The notes beneath the pieces were generated by a model, which was given only the letters and a program-made list of their open reading frames with translations, was not told the DNA's origin and made no database searches. A stretch of DNA of 64,000 nt from Chrysemys picta bellii. Lineage: Eukaryota. Made by a program: the position numbers and the translations under genes. The stretch covers positions 2,046,001 to 2,110,000 of the forward strand of contig NC_088794.1 of assembly GCF_011386835.1 (NCBI RefSeq), read 5' to 3'. Within the stretch, counting starts at the first letter, position 1; every line of letters begins with the position of its first letter. Positions 1 through 17,774 of this stretch are shown one piece after another.

Positions 1-1
1 G

Positions 2-4477
<4,476 letters not shown>

Positions 4478-4707
4478 CGGGGCCCTGTCCCCCGTCCGGA
4501 GCGAGGGGGCGTCTTGCAGAAGGGAAGAGACGACGTGGGGGGGTAAAGGGGGGGCAGCGCGTGGAGGAGGGGCCATGTCCTATCTCTCTGCTCACGCCAT
4601 CCCAGAATGCCTTGCTCCCCCCCACCTCCCCTCCCACTTTGTACATATCCAGGTCCATGTGCCAACGCTCACAGTTTTCTGCTTCGGTAATTAATTAATT
4701 TATAACC

Positions 4708-4756
4708 CCGTCCCCAGTTATTTATTTATTTATTTATTTAATTTATTTATTTACTC
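4708..4756 (+). promoter_or_regulatory. AU-rich element, (ATTT)n, in the SEZ6L2 3' UTR
   Basis: Overlapping ATTTA pentamers about 230-280 nt after the stop codon. Confidence 0.55.
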
Positions 4757-5139
4757 AACCATGGCTGGCAAGGGTGGGCGGGGGGAGGGGGCTGTCCTAC
4801 CGTCCCGCCCCCCAATACCCCTTCTCGGGTGGTGGGAGCTGCCGACCCTACATAAACAACTGTTGTCGGAAACCCTACAGTAACAAACAATCCCACACAG
4901 CCCTGCGGCTCTCAGGAGGCCCTACAATAATGTAGGCCCACTCTGCAATAACCATGCACAAAGCCCTGCGGCTCACAGGGCCCTGTAGTAACCAGGGAGT
5001 GCCGCCGCCTTGAGGTTTGCAGGAGACCGTACAATAATATATTAGCACGCAGAGTTCTGGAGCATGTAGCAGACCGCCTGAGAGACCACCCAATAACAAA
5101 CCAGGCCTCTTCCCCCCCACCCCCGCCTTGTGACGCTGA

Positions 5140-5865
5140 CCTTCCCTTTAAGGAAAAAGCCAGAGGATATTTATCCCTTGCTCCTTGTCAGGATCTCCTT
5201 AAACGATAAATACCTTCCCGTGTTTTATACCGTATCCCTTTAAGGGCATTCAGGGTAGCTGTTTAAAGGTAAAAATAATTCCCCATTGCTCCTTTTAGGC
5301 ATAAAATGCAGGGGAGAGACAGTTACTCCTGAACTCATCCCTTTAAGGGTAAAAGAGGCAGGAGGGCATTTATTTTCACAATGCTCCTTTAAGACTAAAC
5401 ATAATTCTTAATCATTACTTTTAAGAGTAAAATACTGGCCCACAGATACCCCTGAACCCACCCCTTTAAGGAGTCAAAAAAGAGACAGGAGGACGCTGAG
5501 TTAAACATCATCCCTTTAAGGATAAAACATATTTAGAACTGACCCCTTCCCCTTTAAGGGTTAAAACACAGGAGGATATTTAGTTGAACAGCATCCCTTT
5601 AAGGATAAATGCAGGGGGGATATTTACTTCTATATTCACCCCCATGAGGATAAAAAACAGGAGGACACTTATCCTTAAAGGGATGCTATTCAAAGTGTCC
5701 TCCTAGCTGTGTTATTCTTAAAGGGATGGGTACAGCCGTGTATACCCCCCTGCGTTTTGTCCTTAACGGGACGTTGCCAGAATGAAATGAAGGGAGACAG
5801 TGACATTGCCTTTAAAGAGTGACATGTAGGAGGATACATATTCCTCTGCTACGTCCCTTTAAATG
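5140..5865. repeat. Degenerate CCCTTTAAGG-core repeat array with an internal inversion, in the predicted SEZ6L2 3' UTR
   Basis: At least 8 forward CCTTTAAG copies (5145-5603) and 2 reverse CTTAAAGG copies (about 5675 and 5717). 5584-5608 and 5669-5693 are a 24/25 inverted repeat. Confidence 0.85.
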
Positions 5866-6036
5866 CCTTTCAACCCGGGGAGACGGGGGCGGGGGGGGGA
5901 GAATCGGCTCTTCCCTGACACACCCGGGTCCCTGGTGGCTCACCCTGGGGGGTGGTTAGGCCCCTTCCCCTCCCATGCCCCCCCTTCTACCCCTTCCCCC
6001 ATTGTCCTGTTTTTCCATTTGCTTTTATTTTGGAGC

Positions 6037-6046
6037 AATAAATAAA
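6037..6046 (+). terminator. Polyadenylation signal (overlapping AATAAA x2), probable SEZ6L2 3' end
   Basis: First canonical AATAAA I could find after the stop at 4477. Confidence 0.65.
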
Positions 6047-7918
6047 CTGCACCATTTGTAAAAGCCGCGGGGTCTGCGTCTCCTGGTGCCTGGGGGGTGG
6101 GGGGGAGGCGGGGTGGACGTAGGTCCCCTGCCCTGGGGCTGTATCAGAGCCGGCGCCCCCTGCTGCCTGGAGCCAACCAGACACCCCCCCGCAGAGAGAG
6201 ATCAGGGCGCCGGCCCCGGAGGGAGGGTTGGGCGTAGGCATGTGGCTCCTAGGGCTGCAGCAGTGGGGATGGTGCCGGTCAGCCCTGTTCTGGGCTGGGA
6301 CCGGGGCAGGTGGGTTGATCCCCCCGAAATAAGGGGATAAAGACGTTGGGACACCCTGAGCCGAGGGCTGCAAGGGGCCCAGAGCTGGGGCTGGAGCCGC
6401 GATACCAGGGCGCTGGACTTTGGACTTTCTCATGCCTGCGGAAGGGTGGACTTAAATCGAGGGGCAGCGGGGAGCCTGTTGGAGGGGAGCGTCTGGCGGG
6501 GTGGAGCTGCTGTGCCACACCCGGCCAAGAGGAGGCGCTGTAGCGCTGAGTTGACTCATCACAGGGCACAAAGGGGGCCAGGAGGGGGCACAGCTTCACG
6601 CTCTGGTCGGCATCTGCAGAGACCAATTTGGGGCCCTATGTGAAGGGAGAGAATTGGTGCAATTCCCTGGGGGCAGGCTGGTTGTTTATAGTGTGTACAG
6701 GGTGTGGGCCTGTGGAACTCCCTGCCGCAGGATCAGCCCTGAGCAATAGTGGGGGGCTGATCATGGTTGGTGCAGGCCCAGACTTTTTGGTGCTAATTTG
6801 CATGTGCTTGGGAGGCAAAGGTGGAAACCTGCTGAAATGTGTTTGGTTGGCATTCATATTTTGCAGCACACCATGATATTCCCGAATCAATTTGTTTTGC
6901 AAAGTTCAAAAAGGCCCCAGTTCTAACTATATGGCCCTGTATTTCTGCCTCAATAAATAATTCAATTGCAAACAAAAGTTTGGTTGTGGGTTTTTTTTTA
7001 AACTAATTGAAGGCTTTTTGGTCAAAGGAAAAAAAAAACTGTAGGGGAAACCCCCCTCCGTGTTAATACAAAGGTAAGAATGATCAAATTGTAACTGTTG
7101 CTTAGGTTTGTATGCGCTTGTTTGCACCTTGATTACATATTAAAATGGAGAACTAAAATGTTTCCCAATACTGCCCTCTATATTATGTCTGGTTCTGCTG
7201 CAAAATGTTCCTGCGAACCAACCAACCGGCAGCAGGTTTTTCCATCTTTGTCTCCCAAGTACGAGCAGATTAACTCTGGAGAGCCTGGGTCCAACTCCCA
7301 CTGCGAACTCTTGTGCTAAAGCAGATGGCTCAGCGGGGGAGGCCCACCCGGGTGAGCTTTTAGCACTGGGTTTATTATGGCAAACTAGCAATGCACCCTG
7401 GTCGGGAAGTACCAATGACTCTTGTTGCAGAAGCTGCAAAAAGTGTCTAAACCAGGAGCGTTTGCGCTAAAGAATTGGGGGGAAATCAGAGCAAAAATTC
7501 AAAAATGTATTTTAATAATAAAAAAAGAGAGAGAAAGCAGGCCGCGCGTCTGTCCCCTGCTGTGTTAAAGTCCAGCGTGTGTTATAAATGATTCGGTTGC
7601 TATTACAGTGTATGCAATTGTGTGTATCCATTTGGGTTAAAAACGGGGTAAAAAAACAAAAATCCAACAACATTATGTTACCCAACTGAGGCTGCACCTA
7701 CAGAAACATTACAAAGACCCAGAGCTGGGCCAGTTCTAACTGTTACTTAACCCGTTTGTGATTAAGCGGGGTGAGTTCATGCGGATACCTGTGCTTTCGA
7801 ATCTCTCTCGTTGACGTCCGGCAGAACTTGATGATGGCGTCCAAGCAAATGTATCATTACTGTGGACGTCTCTGTTAATTACTCAAAAAGCCTCTTCTCA
7901 GCAAGGCACGCAACCCTC

Positions 7919-8298
7919 CAGGGCCGCCCGGGGGGTGCAAGTGGGGCAATTTGCCCTGGGCCCCACAGGGCCCCCCCGGGCCCCTCCACGAGTTTTTCGG
8001 GGCCCCTGGAGCGGGGTCCTTCACTCGCTGCGGGGCCCCCGGAGCTTCTTCTGCTCCGGGTCTTCGGCAGTGGGGGGTCCTTCTGCTCCGGGACCCGCCG
8101 CTGAAGTGCCCTGAAGACCCACGGTGGGGGGTCCTTCTGCCCCGGGACCCGCCACCAAAGTGCCCTGAAGACCCACGGAGGGGGGTCCTTCTGCCCCGGG
8201 ACTCGCTGCCAAAGTGCCGGGTCTTCGGCGGCAATTCGGCGGCGGGAGCCCCCCGCCGCCAAAGACCCCAGGCCCCCTGAATCCTCTGGGCGGCCCTG
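7919..8298. mobile_element. Non-autonomous hAT-type DNA transposon (MITE)
   Basis: Perfect 11-bp TIR CAGGGCCGCCC/GGGCGGCCCTG, perfect 8-bp TSD CAACCCTC (7911-7918 and 8299-8306), internal tandem repeats. Confidence 0.9.
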
Positions 8299-8326
8299 CA
8301 ACCCTCAAGGGCTGGGCAAAACACGA

Positions 8327-8641
8327 CAGTAGACCCTTGGAGTTACGAATACCTTGGGGATGAGGTTGTTCATAACCCTGAACAAAACATTCTGGTTCTT
8401 TCCGAAGTTTACAACTGAACATTGACTTAACACAGCTTTGAAACTTTCCTGTGCAGAAGGAAAATGCTGCTTTCCCTTGATTTTGTTTTTTACTAGTTTA
8501 CGTTTAACACAGCACTGTTCTGTACAGTATTGTTTTTGGTCTCTGCTGCTGCTTGATTGTGTACTGCCAGTTCCAAACGAGGGGTGTGGTTGACCGGTCA
8601 GTTCGTAACTCTGGGGTTTTCTTAACTCAGAGGTTCTACTG
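8327..8641. mobile_element. Tc1/mariner (Tigger/pogo-like) MITE, old
   Basis: Imperfect ~23-bp TIR CAGTAGACCCTTGGAGTTACGAA vs revcomp CAGTAGAACCTCTGAGTTAAGAA. The TA TSD has decayed (flanks GA/CA). Confidence 0.6.
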
Positions 8642-10121
8642 CATCATGGGATCTTTCAAATAGGAAACCCCAAGCCTAGGTGGAACAAGTGGTTATGTGT
8701 CCGGATTATTTGAATCTGGAATATCTATTTGGGACAGAGGTCATTTGAAAAATATATTGATCTCCCGACCCCTGTATTAACTATTCTGAGCATCGGGCTG
8801 TGGAATCAGCACCACAGGATTAGGAGTCTCACCCCCAGAACCCAAGACCAAACGGGAATCGTTTATAACCCAGTGGAGACTGGCTTTAACCCCGTCATTC
8901 AAGGCACTGAGGGCTGCCTGCTAGCCCTGCAGTACGTGGTGTGTAATATGTGTGACACTGCCAAGCTGCTTAACCGCACGCAAGCAACATCGAATGAATA
9001 ATTAATAATTACTAATACTTAATTGCAAGAGATAATTAAAAGGTAAAGAAATGATTTCTGCTGCATCTGGGCGTTATGTGTGAACTACCCCGACCAACTC
9101 GCCAGGGAGCATTGGCCAAGGAAAATCGCCTGAACTTCTTAGCCAGCAGCGGTGAGCTGGTGCTGTCCTCAGCGTGTTTCATCACACATCCAGCCCACCC
9201 CCCAGCTTCATATATTACTCTGCAAAGGTGCCACCTTAACTGACAATTATCAAGGCCACAAGCAGGCCCTGTTGCTGGCCTGTGTATACACGTCATATTA
9301 ATAATATGTTGTTCGCACCATAGCTATATTAGTGTGCATTAAGCACAAGTAGCATTAAGCACTAATATTATAGCCGTTAGAGAGCCTATGGTTTTTAAAT
9401 AACACTGCTTGTTTATGCTCAGTTTCCCATAACCCCTTGCATTCACTGAAGCTTTTGCCTTAAATGAATAGGGGTGCTGTGACGACCAGGACAGAGGAGT
9501 GTTTTAGGTTAGCAACAGGCAAACGATTCCCCTCCCAGGCCTGCAATGCAGGTGCTCAAAAGAAAGCCATCTGGGGAACACACCCCGGGATCAGAGACAA
9601 CGGGAGAAGGCAGAGTGGTTAAAGCTACTTTCAGATGCTGTACGTAGTAAAGAGGCGGGTATAAAAAGCTGGCTTTAGGGGAGTAGCTTGGGGAGCTCAC
9701 TTTCTGCGTCAGGTGAACGTAACAACACTGCACGAGATGGCTTCCCAGAGACCAGCGTCTTATGGACTCTTTCCTGTAGGAGATTATTACTGGCTTAGCA
9801 CAATAAACCCGACCAACGCTGGTTAGTTGGTTTCTTGACTATTTGCTAACAAACCAAAGTGCGGCCAAGGAATGGACTATACAATTTATCAACAAAAACC
9901 AAATGAGTCTTGTACTTACCACTGGAGACACCAGGATCAAGACGAAGCCAAATCATCACAATGATTAACCCCAGCGGTTTTAGTATTAATAAAAACATTG
10001 ACAAACCAACGCCAATGACCGAACACAACTGCTAAACTGGCGCCGTCCATTCCAATCTCTTCTGGGTGTCTCGCCGTGGAGAGCTTTTGGCAGAGATGGT
10101 GGCCTGAAGAATGAACCCGTC

Positions 10122-11231
10122 TGTGACGGGATCCCCAGGGTGCAGCCTGGGACTGTGGGACTGCTGTGCCCCCTCTCTCCAGCCTGGGCTGTCTCCCACA
10201 ATGCCTTGCTAGTGACCACCAGCAAACCCCTCCAGGCACTGTGATCACTCAGCACAACCACATGTGGAGCCCCACACCCAGCTAGATTGCACGAATGTCC
10301 CAGAGCCACTCATGAATCACACAGAGAAAGGCACCAGCCAGATCCTCCCAGCCTTGCACCACAGGAATGTACCGTCTTGAGCAGTGCACATTTATTAATT
10401 GGTTCCCCACTTCTGCAATGGAGAGTGGACATACACCAGCCTTTGTGAAACCTGAGCAGATTTACCACACACTTCATACAAACTCACTGGGAAAGATAAA
10501 CAGTAAAACAAATGTATTGACTATAAAAGGTAGATTTTAAGTGATAGGCAAAAAGTCAGTTACCAAAAGCAATAAACTATAAGCACGAGTCTAAACTCTC
10601 AACCCTATTAGACTGGGCAACATTGAGATTACGCAGTTTTACTCACCCTGCAGGATATTGCAATTCATAGTACACAGATTTCACCTTGAAACCTGGGCCA
10701 GTCTCCTCTGTTGGAGTTTTCAGATTGTCCTTGTTCTTGCAGCGTAGGTGGGGGGAGGAGAAAGGCCCAGCATGGGCCCTCTGTGTCTGTTTTATACCCT
10801 CAGTCCACGGGCTTGGGGAGCACAAGTCCAGGCATGTCTGGGGGCATTGCTGAGTCCCCAGGCCAGGTTGAGCAATTCCCCTGGTGTGGCCTCATGCAGG
10901 TGAGTCATTGCATTGTAGCTCCCTTGCTGGACAATGGGTGGTGATGGTTGTAGCCAACACCTGGGCGGGTGTCGAACTTTCCTTGCTGTTGCCTCTGGGG
11001 AGCTAATATCCGGCTGATTCCCCAATTTACAGCATGTTTTAGTGACAACCATACAACACAATTCTCATAACTTCAGATGCGTTAATGATACAGATCTATG
11101 GATAGAGAAATCACTTTCAGAACCTCTCCCCTGATACATATAAAGCAGGCCTTGTAAGGTAAGATCACGATTATATGAAAATGAGGAATATGGGGGTTCC
11201 AGGATGCTTCCCCAAAGTATAGAATGTCACA
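10122..11231 (-). mobile_element. Solo LTR (Gypsy/ERV type)
   Basis: TGTGAC...GTCACA inverted termini, 5-bp TSD CCGTC/CCATC (4/5), AATAAA on the minus strand near 10390, no internal ORFs. Confidence 0.75.
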
Positions 11232-14200
11232 CCATCTTTGGTAGGGCCTTTGTCTCCTGGCAAGTTGAAACCAAGCAATTATTGGTTCCCAAATGATTGT
11301 CAAGGTCAGTCTGCATATCTAAGTAGTAATCGAATTCTACCAAGCCTGGTCTTAAATCAAACTCTAAGAAGTTCTCAAGCTGCATTGGTCTTACTTTGCC
11401 TGGCTGTAACTCCTTCTGAGCCTATTAATAAGTTTATGCACATCTCTGTAATGCTGAATCTCTCTCGCTGGAATAGGGCCAGATCTGGTGACTGGATGGG
11501 GACAAATGTAGCATTGTAAGCATCTTGAACTGTGATAACACCCTGTCAGGTACAAACTCAAGATCTGATAGCAGGGCCAGAAATGGTACCAGAACTACAC
11601 GGTTTCAGGAGTAGGAAACTGCACAGGAACTGTTGGCTCAGTTTCGGGTTCATTTGACTCAGCAATGTCAAGATGGAACAGGTGGAATGTATAAAAAGAC
11701 CCATTAGTTACTGTGAACGTGAACAAGCAGGTACGGTTTCACAACCCATAATGACAGGAGTCAAAGGTTTAGCTACAGAAGAAAACTGTACTATTCATAA
11801 CATTGCCAGGCTGTTCAGTCAGACACAAATAAAAGTCACTGGGCTAATGAGTGAGGAGGCGAAAACTTGCCACATGGGTACTATTAGTAGTACCCTGGAA
11901 GTTATTAAATAAGGCAAAATTCCAGCTATCCTTAAGGATGAACAGCTCCTTAAGAGCTTATCGTCCTCAGTGCATTGCTAAATCTCATGAAGAAAGACAT
12001 CATGGTATAAAATTCTACAAGACATTCCTTCTAGCACTGCTAGAAACTTGTGATCTGTGGCACCACATCCAAGTAAAGGCTCATGGTGTCTCTTGCCCAG
12101 CTCCACTAACACCGGCATTACACCATGTTTTATGCACATTAAGCTGGGACTCTAATAAATTCTCAACATCGTATGTCAAAACGTACAGACTAACTTTCCT
12201 ATAATCAACTCTAATTCTCAAGCAGCATTGTTCTTACTTTGCGTGTCTATAAAGTTTGATTATCAATGGAAATATTTTGTTGTCGGTGTGTGTTCAATGG
12301 AATCTATGTCTACTGACATTTATCAATAAAAATCGCATCCTTCCATGCTTACTTCAAGGCCAGACTTTTCAAGCGCTTTTCTAAGGCTTATTGGCTTGGC
12401 TGTGAGGAAGCATACCCATCATGGGACACAGTCCTGTTAAGAAGGAGAAAGATCTTGTGAAGAATTAGCAGAAGAGATAAGACCTGCTTAGCAAGCGCTA
12501 TTCTTTTTAACAATAAGTATCAGACGCTTGGGTTAGCAACATTTGGATATACCAGCCCGAGATAAACACCAGACAGCTGAGTTGCGTAACTGGAAATCTA
12601 GTGGAATATTAGAAAATGGACTACAAATACACAGGTTGTCTGTGAAAAAGAGGAAGTATTGAGACTGAAACTGTAGACAGCACCTCTGTAAAATTATCGA
12701 AACTGTAGCCAATGGCAGAATTAGGAAAGGACATGTCACCCGCTGCAGTGTCGACAGTTATACTCTTATGTGCTGTCTAATTAACTAATGATTTAATAAA
12801 CCCAGTCAAGCTTACTGATCCTGAGGTCTCCTTAATTACTGAATCAGACCTGAAGAGTTAACACCCTGCCTATGAATGAATGAACTGAAATATGGATATT
12901 AAATATTAAGAACCTATATTACGTTGCCAGAGGCAGTAGTAGGAAAATCAACTAGGTGGATGAATGGTTATAACTATAAAAAGGAAGCCCATTGTGAGTG
13001 ATAAAATCTTTCATGACAGGGTTTAGCTCCTGTGCCATCCTGTCCAGGAAAGCAATGGGGCCCCGTGAGATTGACTTATTTTAGTGTAATGAAAAAGGGA
13101 AGAGGTGAGCGTAAGCAGGATTGAAAATATTCATGCATCTATCACGTTAATGAAATAAAGTTATATTGAAAGAGCAGTAAATAAAAAGAAATGAAGCCAC
13201 ATAGTGTGTTATTAGGACACTTGATCACAGAGTTGAATAATCAGAAATGTCACTGTTTGATCAGTAACGCACAGACACAGCTTAGCCGTAGGCACGAAGG
13301 ACCTGGCACCATTGGTTAGACGAGGAAGATTGACACATCTGTTCTGGCTTGCTGGAGAAGAGCAGTTGTTGGAGTGACTTTGCGTTGTAGGATGGACTTT
13401 AAAACAAGTTGAAAAAGCACCCAAGACTATGGGAAGACTTTGGATCAATGACGCGAATGACAAATCGGACATTTCAGCAGCATGCAGAGCATCAATGAAG
13501 AAACTGCAACTCAAGCAAGTGTTATGTGCAAAGCTGGCCAAGGGGCCCAAGGAAAGCGACTTGGAGCAGGAAGGCGCTGCCTGAAGCAAGCCGGCCAGTG
13601 TTCAACATCCATCCCAAGATGGTTGTACAACAACTCTGACCTGTCTTGTCTTCCACAAGCTGGTGTGATAAGGCATTTTGCACTGAGAGACAGGAAAATT
13701 CCAGTTCCAGTCGCATGAACTCAAAGGTGATGCATTGTCCTTTGATTGGATGCTGGGCAGGAACGACACATTTCAGTTGGATGGGAGTATGAGTCACCAT
13801 CTGATTGGTCCATGCCAGCCGCTCCGAAAGAGGATCCAAGTTTCCCCTCCCCCCAGTGGAAATGGCATTAAACAACCAGTTTCCTTCAGTGTTTTGCTTC
13901 CTGAACATCAAGATACCTGGAAGGAAGAAGAGCTGAGATCCTGGGCTGGCTCCCTAGGAGTCCTCCTGGCAACATCTTGGACAGGTCCCTTTAACTGTCT
14001 CTTCCATCTTCCAGCAATTCAGGTTGCCCGCCAGCGCACAGGGAGAAGGCTATATTTGGCCCGTCCTTCCCTTCACCTGCGTTTGCAGTGTCCCTCCTGC
14101 TGTGAACAGTAACTGCACTGACGGCTGACCAAGGGGCTGGTGATGAGTAACACGCAGACTTTCTCTTGGATGACGACCCAAATGAGTCAAGTGACCACTT

Positions 14201-14330
14201 CCTGAAGCTGGGTAGCTCATTAGCAGGGAAGGGTGCGTGTGCTTCGAAGATTGTGACAGGGTTACAGTGTGTGTCCTTGCTGCATAACTAGTTCTTGGCA
14301 AGATTGTTGTAAAGTAGTTTAAAACTACCT

Positions 14331-14595
14331 AAGAGCCGCTGTACTGGGTCCAACAATGGTCCATCTAGCTCAGCATCCTGTCTTCTGACAGCGGTTGATG
14401 CCAGATGCTGCTGAGGGAATGAACAGAACAGGGTAATTTATCAAGTGATCCATCCCCTCTTGTCCAGTCCCAACTTCTGGCAGTCAGAGGTTTAGAGATA
14501 TCCAGAGCATGGGTTTGAACCCCTGACCATCTTGGCTAACCGCCACTGATGGACACATCCTCCATGAAGTTATCTAATTCTTTTTTGAACCCAGC
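14331..14595 (-). mobile_element. CR1 LINE 3' end fragment
   Basis: Resembles the remembered turtle CR1 3' region in reverse (GGTCCATCTAGCTCAGCATCCTGTCTTC...GATGGACACATCCTCCATGAAGTTATCTAATTCTTTTTTGAACCCAG). Confidence 0.6.
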
Positions 14596-14987
14596 TATGC
14601 AGTAACTAAACAATGTACTGTTATTTAAGATTGTGAAGGACTGTGCATGTGTCTACCATAATTAATAATTTCATGCTGCTTGTCAAGGTCTAGGTGTCTA
14701 CAGACATAACACAAGAACAAAGCATGCGGCCCTTTGGAACTCATTCCATGCATCCAGCATAAATATAGGAAGGGAGGCAGATTTTGATTGTTAATATTGA
14801 AGTTTGTTTTTAAAATTTTAATATTTTGTATCTATTTAAATGTTCACAGTTGTGGGAAGTTATGGACGGTCAGACAATAATGATTTAATGACAGCTGCAT
14901 TGAGGTGATAAGGTGAAAGCTTTATAACCACGGAAACACAAATTATTAACATCATGTGCCAAAATATACAAAGTCAGTAGCCTGACA

Positions 14988-15136
14988 TCAAACTCTAAGA
15001 AGTTCTCAAGCAGCGTTGTTCCTACTTTGCCTCGCTGTTCATTTAGATGATTATCGACGGAAATACTGTTTCGTCGGTTTGCGCATGTGCAGTGAAATCG
15101 ACATTTACCGATAAAAATCAAATCCTTACGAGCCTA
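14988..15136. repeat. Dispersed repeat, probable DNA-transposon end; further copies at 11357-11408 and 12205-12350
   Basis: Three diverged copies of TCAAACTCTAAGAAGTTCTCAAGCAGC...TACTTTGC; two of them extend to GACATTTA(C/T)C(G/A)ATAAAAATC. Confidence 0.6.
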
Positions 15137-16554
15137 AATGTAGGAGTTCCAGTTAGATAGCATGTTAATCAGATTCGAGGGCTCACATAACTCATGGAGA
15201 ACTAGGTTAAAAGAGTTGACTGGTATATATCCATTGCAAAGGAGACTATGATGAATTGTGATGTAAATAATTGACCAGATTGTCTTACGTTTTACCTTTG
15301 GATTATGTTTTCCTCTGTGTTAGCAACACCAGGGTTGATAATCACCTGGGACAACTGAGGCCCTATTCCGAGGGATCCAAAACAAAAGCCACCTTCCCAG
15401 GATAGATGTTGCGTGAATAAGTGTTCTTTTCAATTGTAGTTGTTAGGCGATTCTTGAAACTTGGATAGGCCAATTATCATATAGGCCAATTTCCTAGTTT
15501 GTTAGCAAAACTATACTCCTAATATTTTTGCCTTCTTATCGCTATATGTTGCGCTTAAGGATAGTTAATAAAATTCTCTACAATCAAATTTAGTTCGAGC
15601 CCTTTTGTGTAGTTAAGCCATCAGAATTCAAAGAGCCCCAAGGATGGTGGTATGGGGAAATCCATTAAGCAAACTGATTATCAAAAGTTTGTTTTTATCT
15701 AATTGAGACCACAACCAAGAAGGGAGTGAATGTTCATGAGATGTCACAGTAACCTAGGACAGCAAATGATGATGGGCAAAGGTGCCAAAGGGTGACAGAC
15801 TGAATTAGTCCAAATAAAATCTGTCTTTGCTGTTCTTGTCCCTACTGATCTAACTCCACAACTGTAATCAGATTATGCCTGTGAACAAGAGAAGTGGGGG
15901 ACTGGAAATCAATGATCGGAAACTTGGCCAAATGGGTGAACAAAATAATGAGGGGATGGGCCATTCCAGTTACCACTCCCTTTTGGGGCCTCAAAGAGAC
16001 TTTGTGGGGAGAACAGCAGCAATGTTGGCTGACTGAAAATCAGAACCGAAAGGAACGAGTGTCATCATCACAGCTGCCACCCCCACCGTCCCCTGGGACC
16101 CCAGGATCCACCATCACTCTGCTGGGCCTTCACTGTCCTGATCCTGAGGGATGTCATGACCAGACTGGCCCAGAGAGGGACCCAGATGATGTAGCCACCT
16201 CTACCTGCTTTGGGTAAATCCCAACCACCACTTGGGGTGGGAGACTTTGTCACCCCCCTGTGTCACTCACCTTTTGTCACCTTCCTCCACACCACATGCC
16301 CTTTTCCTTCCCCATCTTATTTCTTCACCATCTCTCTCCCTTTTGGCTTAGTCGGCCAAGACTGTATAACTTGCAACCCAGCTGTGAGCCCGTGATCAGA
16401 GAGGCAGCTAAAAGCATTGTCCTGCACAGCTTGATACTGTCACGAGTTTTTCAGGTCTCAGCGTGGCTGGTCACACTAGGGGCTGGACCCATGTTTCTCC
16501 AGCAGGGAGGTTGCCCTGCTCTCCATGTGTCAGTATATAATGCCTGCAACTGTA

Positions 16555-17618
16555 ACTTTCACTCTATGCATCTGAAGAAGTGAGGTTTTTACCCACGAAA
16601 GCTTATGCCCAAATAAATCTGTTAGTCTTTAAGGTGCCACCAGACTCCTTGTTGTTTTTGTAGATACAGACTTAACACGGCTACCCCCTGATACTTGACA
16701 CCATGCAAGGCACTACATTTAGCCGTATGGAGTGGAAATCCATCAACCTCAACAAAAAACTTGCACAGATACAGACATCATCTTCCTCTCCAAATGCAAA
16801 CAGATGGACATCATATGAAATGGACTGAAGGTAAAAAATCCATTGCAATCAACATACTACACTGACTACGGTGAGAGACTGTGCCACACACTCTCAAAGA
16901 GACTGAGGAACCACCTGATCAGCATCCTGTACAGCAGACAGGAGAAGATCAAGAATGAGCTCTCAGAACTGGAGATTCTCATACAATCCCAACCTTCCAC
17001 ACAAACTTCCACGTGGCTGGACTTTACAAAAGTGAGACAAGCCATTTACAATCCACACTTCACTTCTCTACAGAGGAAAAAGCACAGTAAGCTATCTAAA
17101 CTCCTACCTGCCACAGGGGGCTACAACAGTGGTACCCTCAACTCATCTAACAACATTGTCAATCTTTCCAACCACACACTTAGCCCAGCAGAAGAGTCTG
17201 TCCTATCTCGGGGACTCTGTTTCTGTCCCACCATCCCCACGAACACGATTCAGTTCTGCGGTGATCTGGAAGCCTACTTTCGTCATCTCCGACTCAAGGA
17301 ATATTTTCAACGCACCACTGAACAGTGCACTGACCCACAGGAACCCTCCTACCAACACTACAAGAAGAAGAATTCTGTGTGGACTCCTCCTGACGGTCGA
17401 AATGACAGACTGGACCTCTACATAGAGTGCTTCTGCAGACTTGCACAGGCTGAAATTGTGGACAAACAACATCACTTGTCCCATAACCTCAGCCGTACAG
17501 AACGCAATGCCATCCACAGCCTCAGAAACAACTCTGACATTATCATCAAAGGGGCTGACAAAGGAGGTGCTGTAGTCATAATGAACAGGTCGGATTATAA
17601 ACAGGAGGCTGCCAGGCA
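16555..17618 (+). mobile_element. Penelope-like retroelement fragment: terminal repeat plus the N-terminal ORF up to the start of RT
   Basis: ORF 16843-17691 contains PLE-typical NIVNLS...VLSRGLCFCP...LRLKEYF...AIHSLRNNSDIIIKGADKGGAVVIMNRSDY. Similarity ends at about 17618. The terminal repeat TTAGTCTTTAAGGTGCCAC is related to 44291-44823. Confidence 0.85.
16568..16608 (+). ncRNA. Minimal type I hammerhead ribozyme motif (PLE-associated, dimer type)
   Basis: GCAT-CTGAAGA-A-GTGAGGTTTTTACCCAC-GAAA-GC-TT-ATGC: stem I GCAU/AUGC, core CUGANGA/GAAA, palindromic AGCU stem III, CUU cleavage triplet. Confidence 0.7.
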
Positions 17619-17774
17619 TAATTCACCTCCCCCGAGATGGAATTCTTCCATTGTCCTAGCACTGCTTGCACTGGGGGTTAGGTTGGGATAACTGCGTTAC
17701 TCCAGGGTGTGGGTTTTTAACAACCCTGAGAGATGTAACTATGCCGATGTATGTTTCCAGTGTAGACCAGCCCA

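Noticed and set aside
13212-14112. Several 78-129-aa ORFs in the SEZ6L2-PAGR1 spacer
   Set aside because: No recognisable domain in six frames, scattered stops and no consistent splice pattern.
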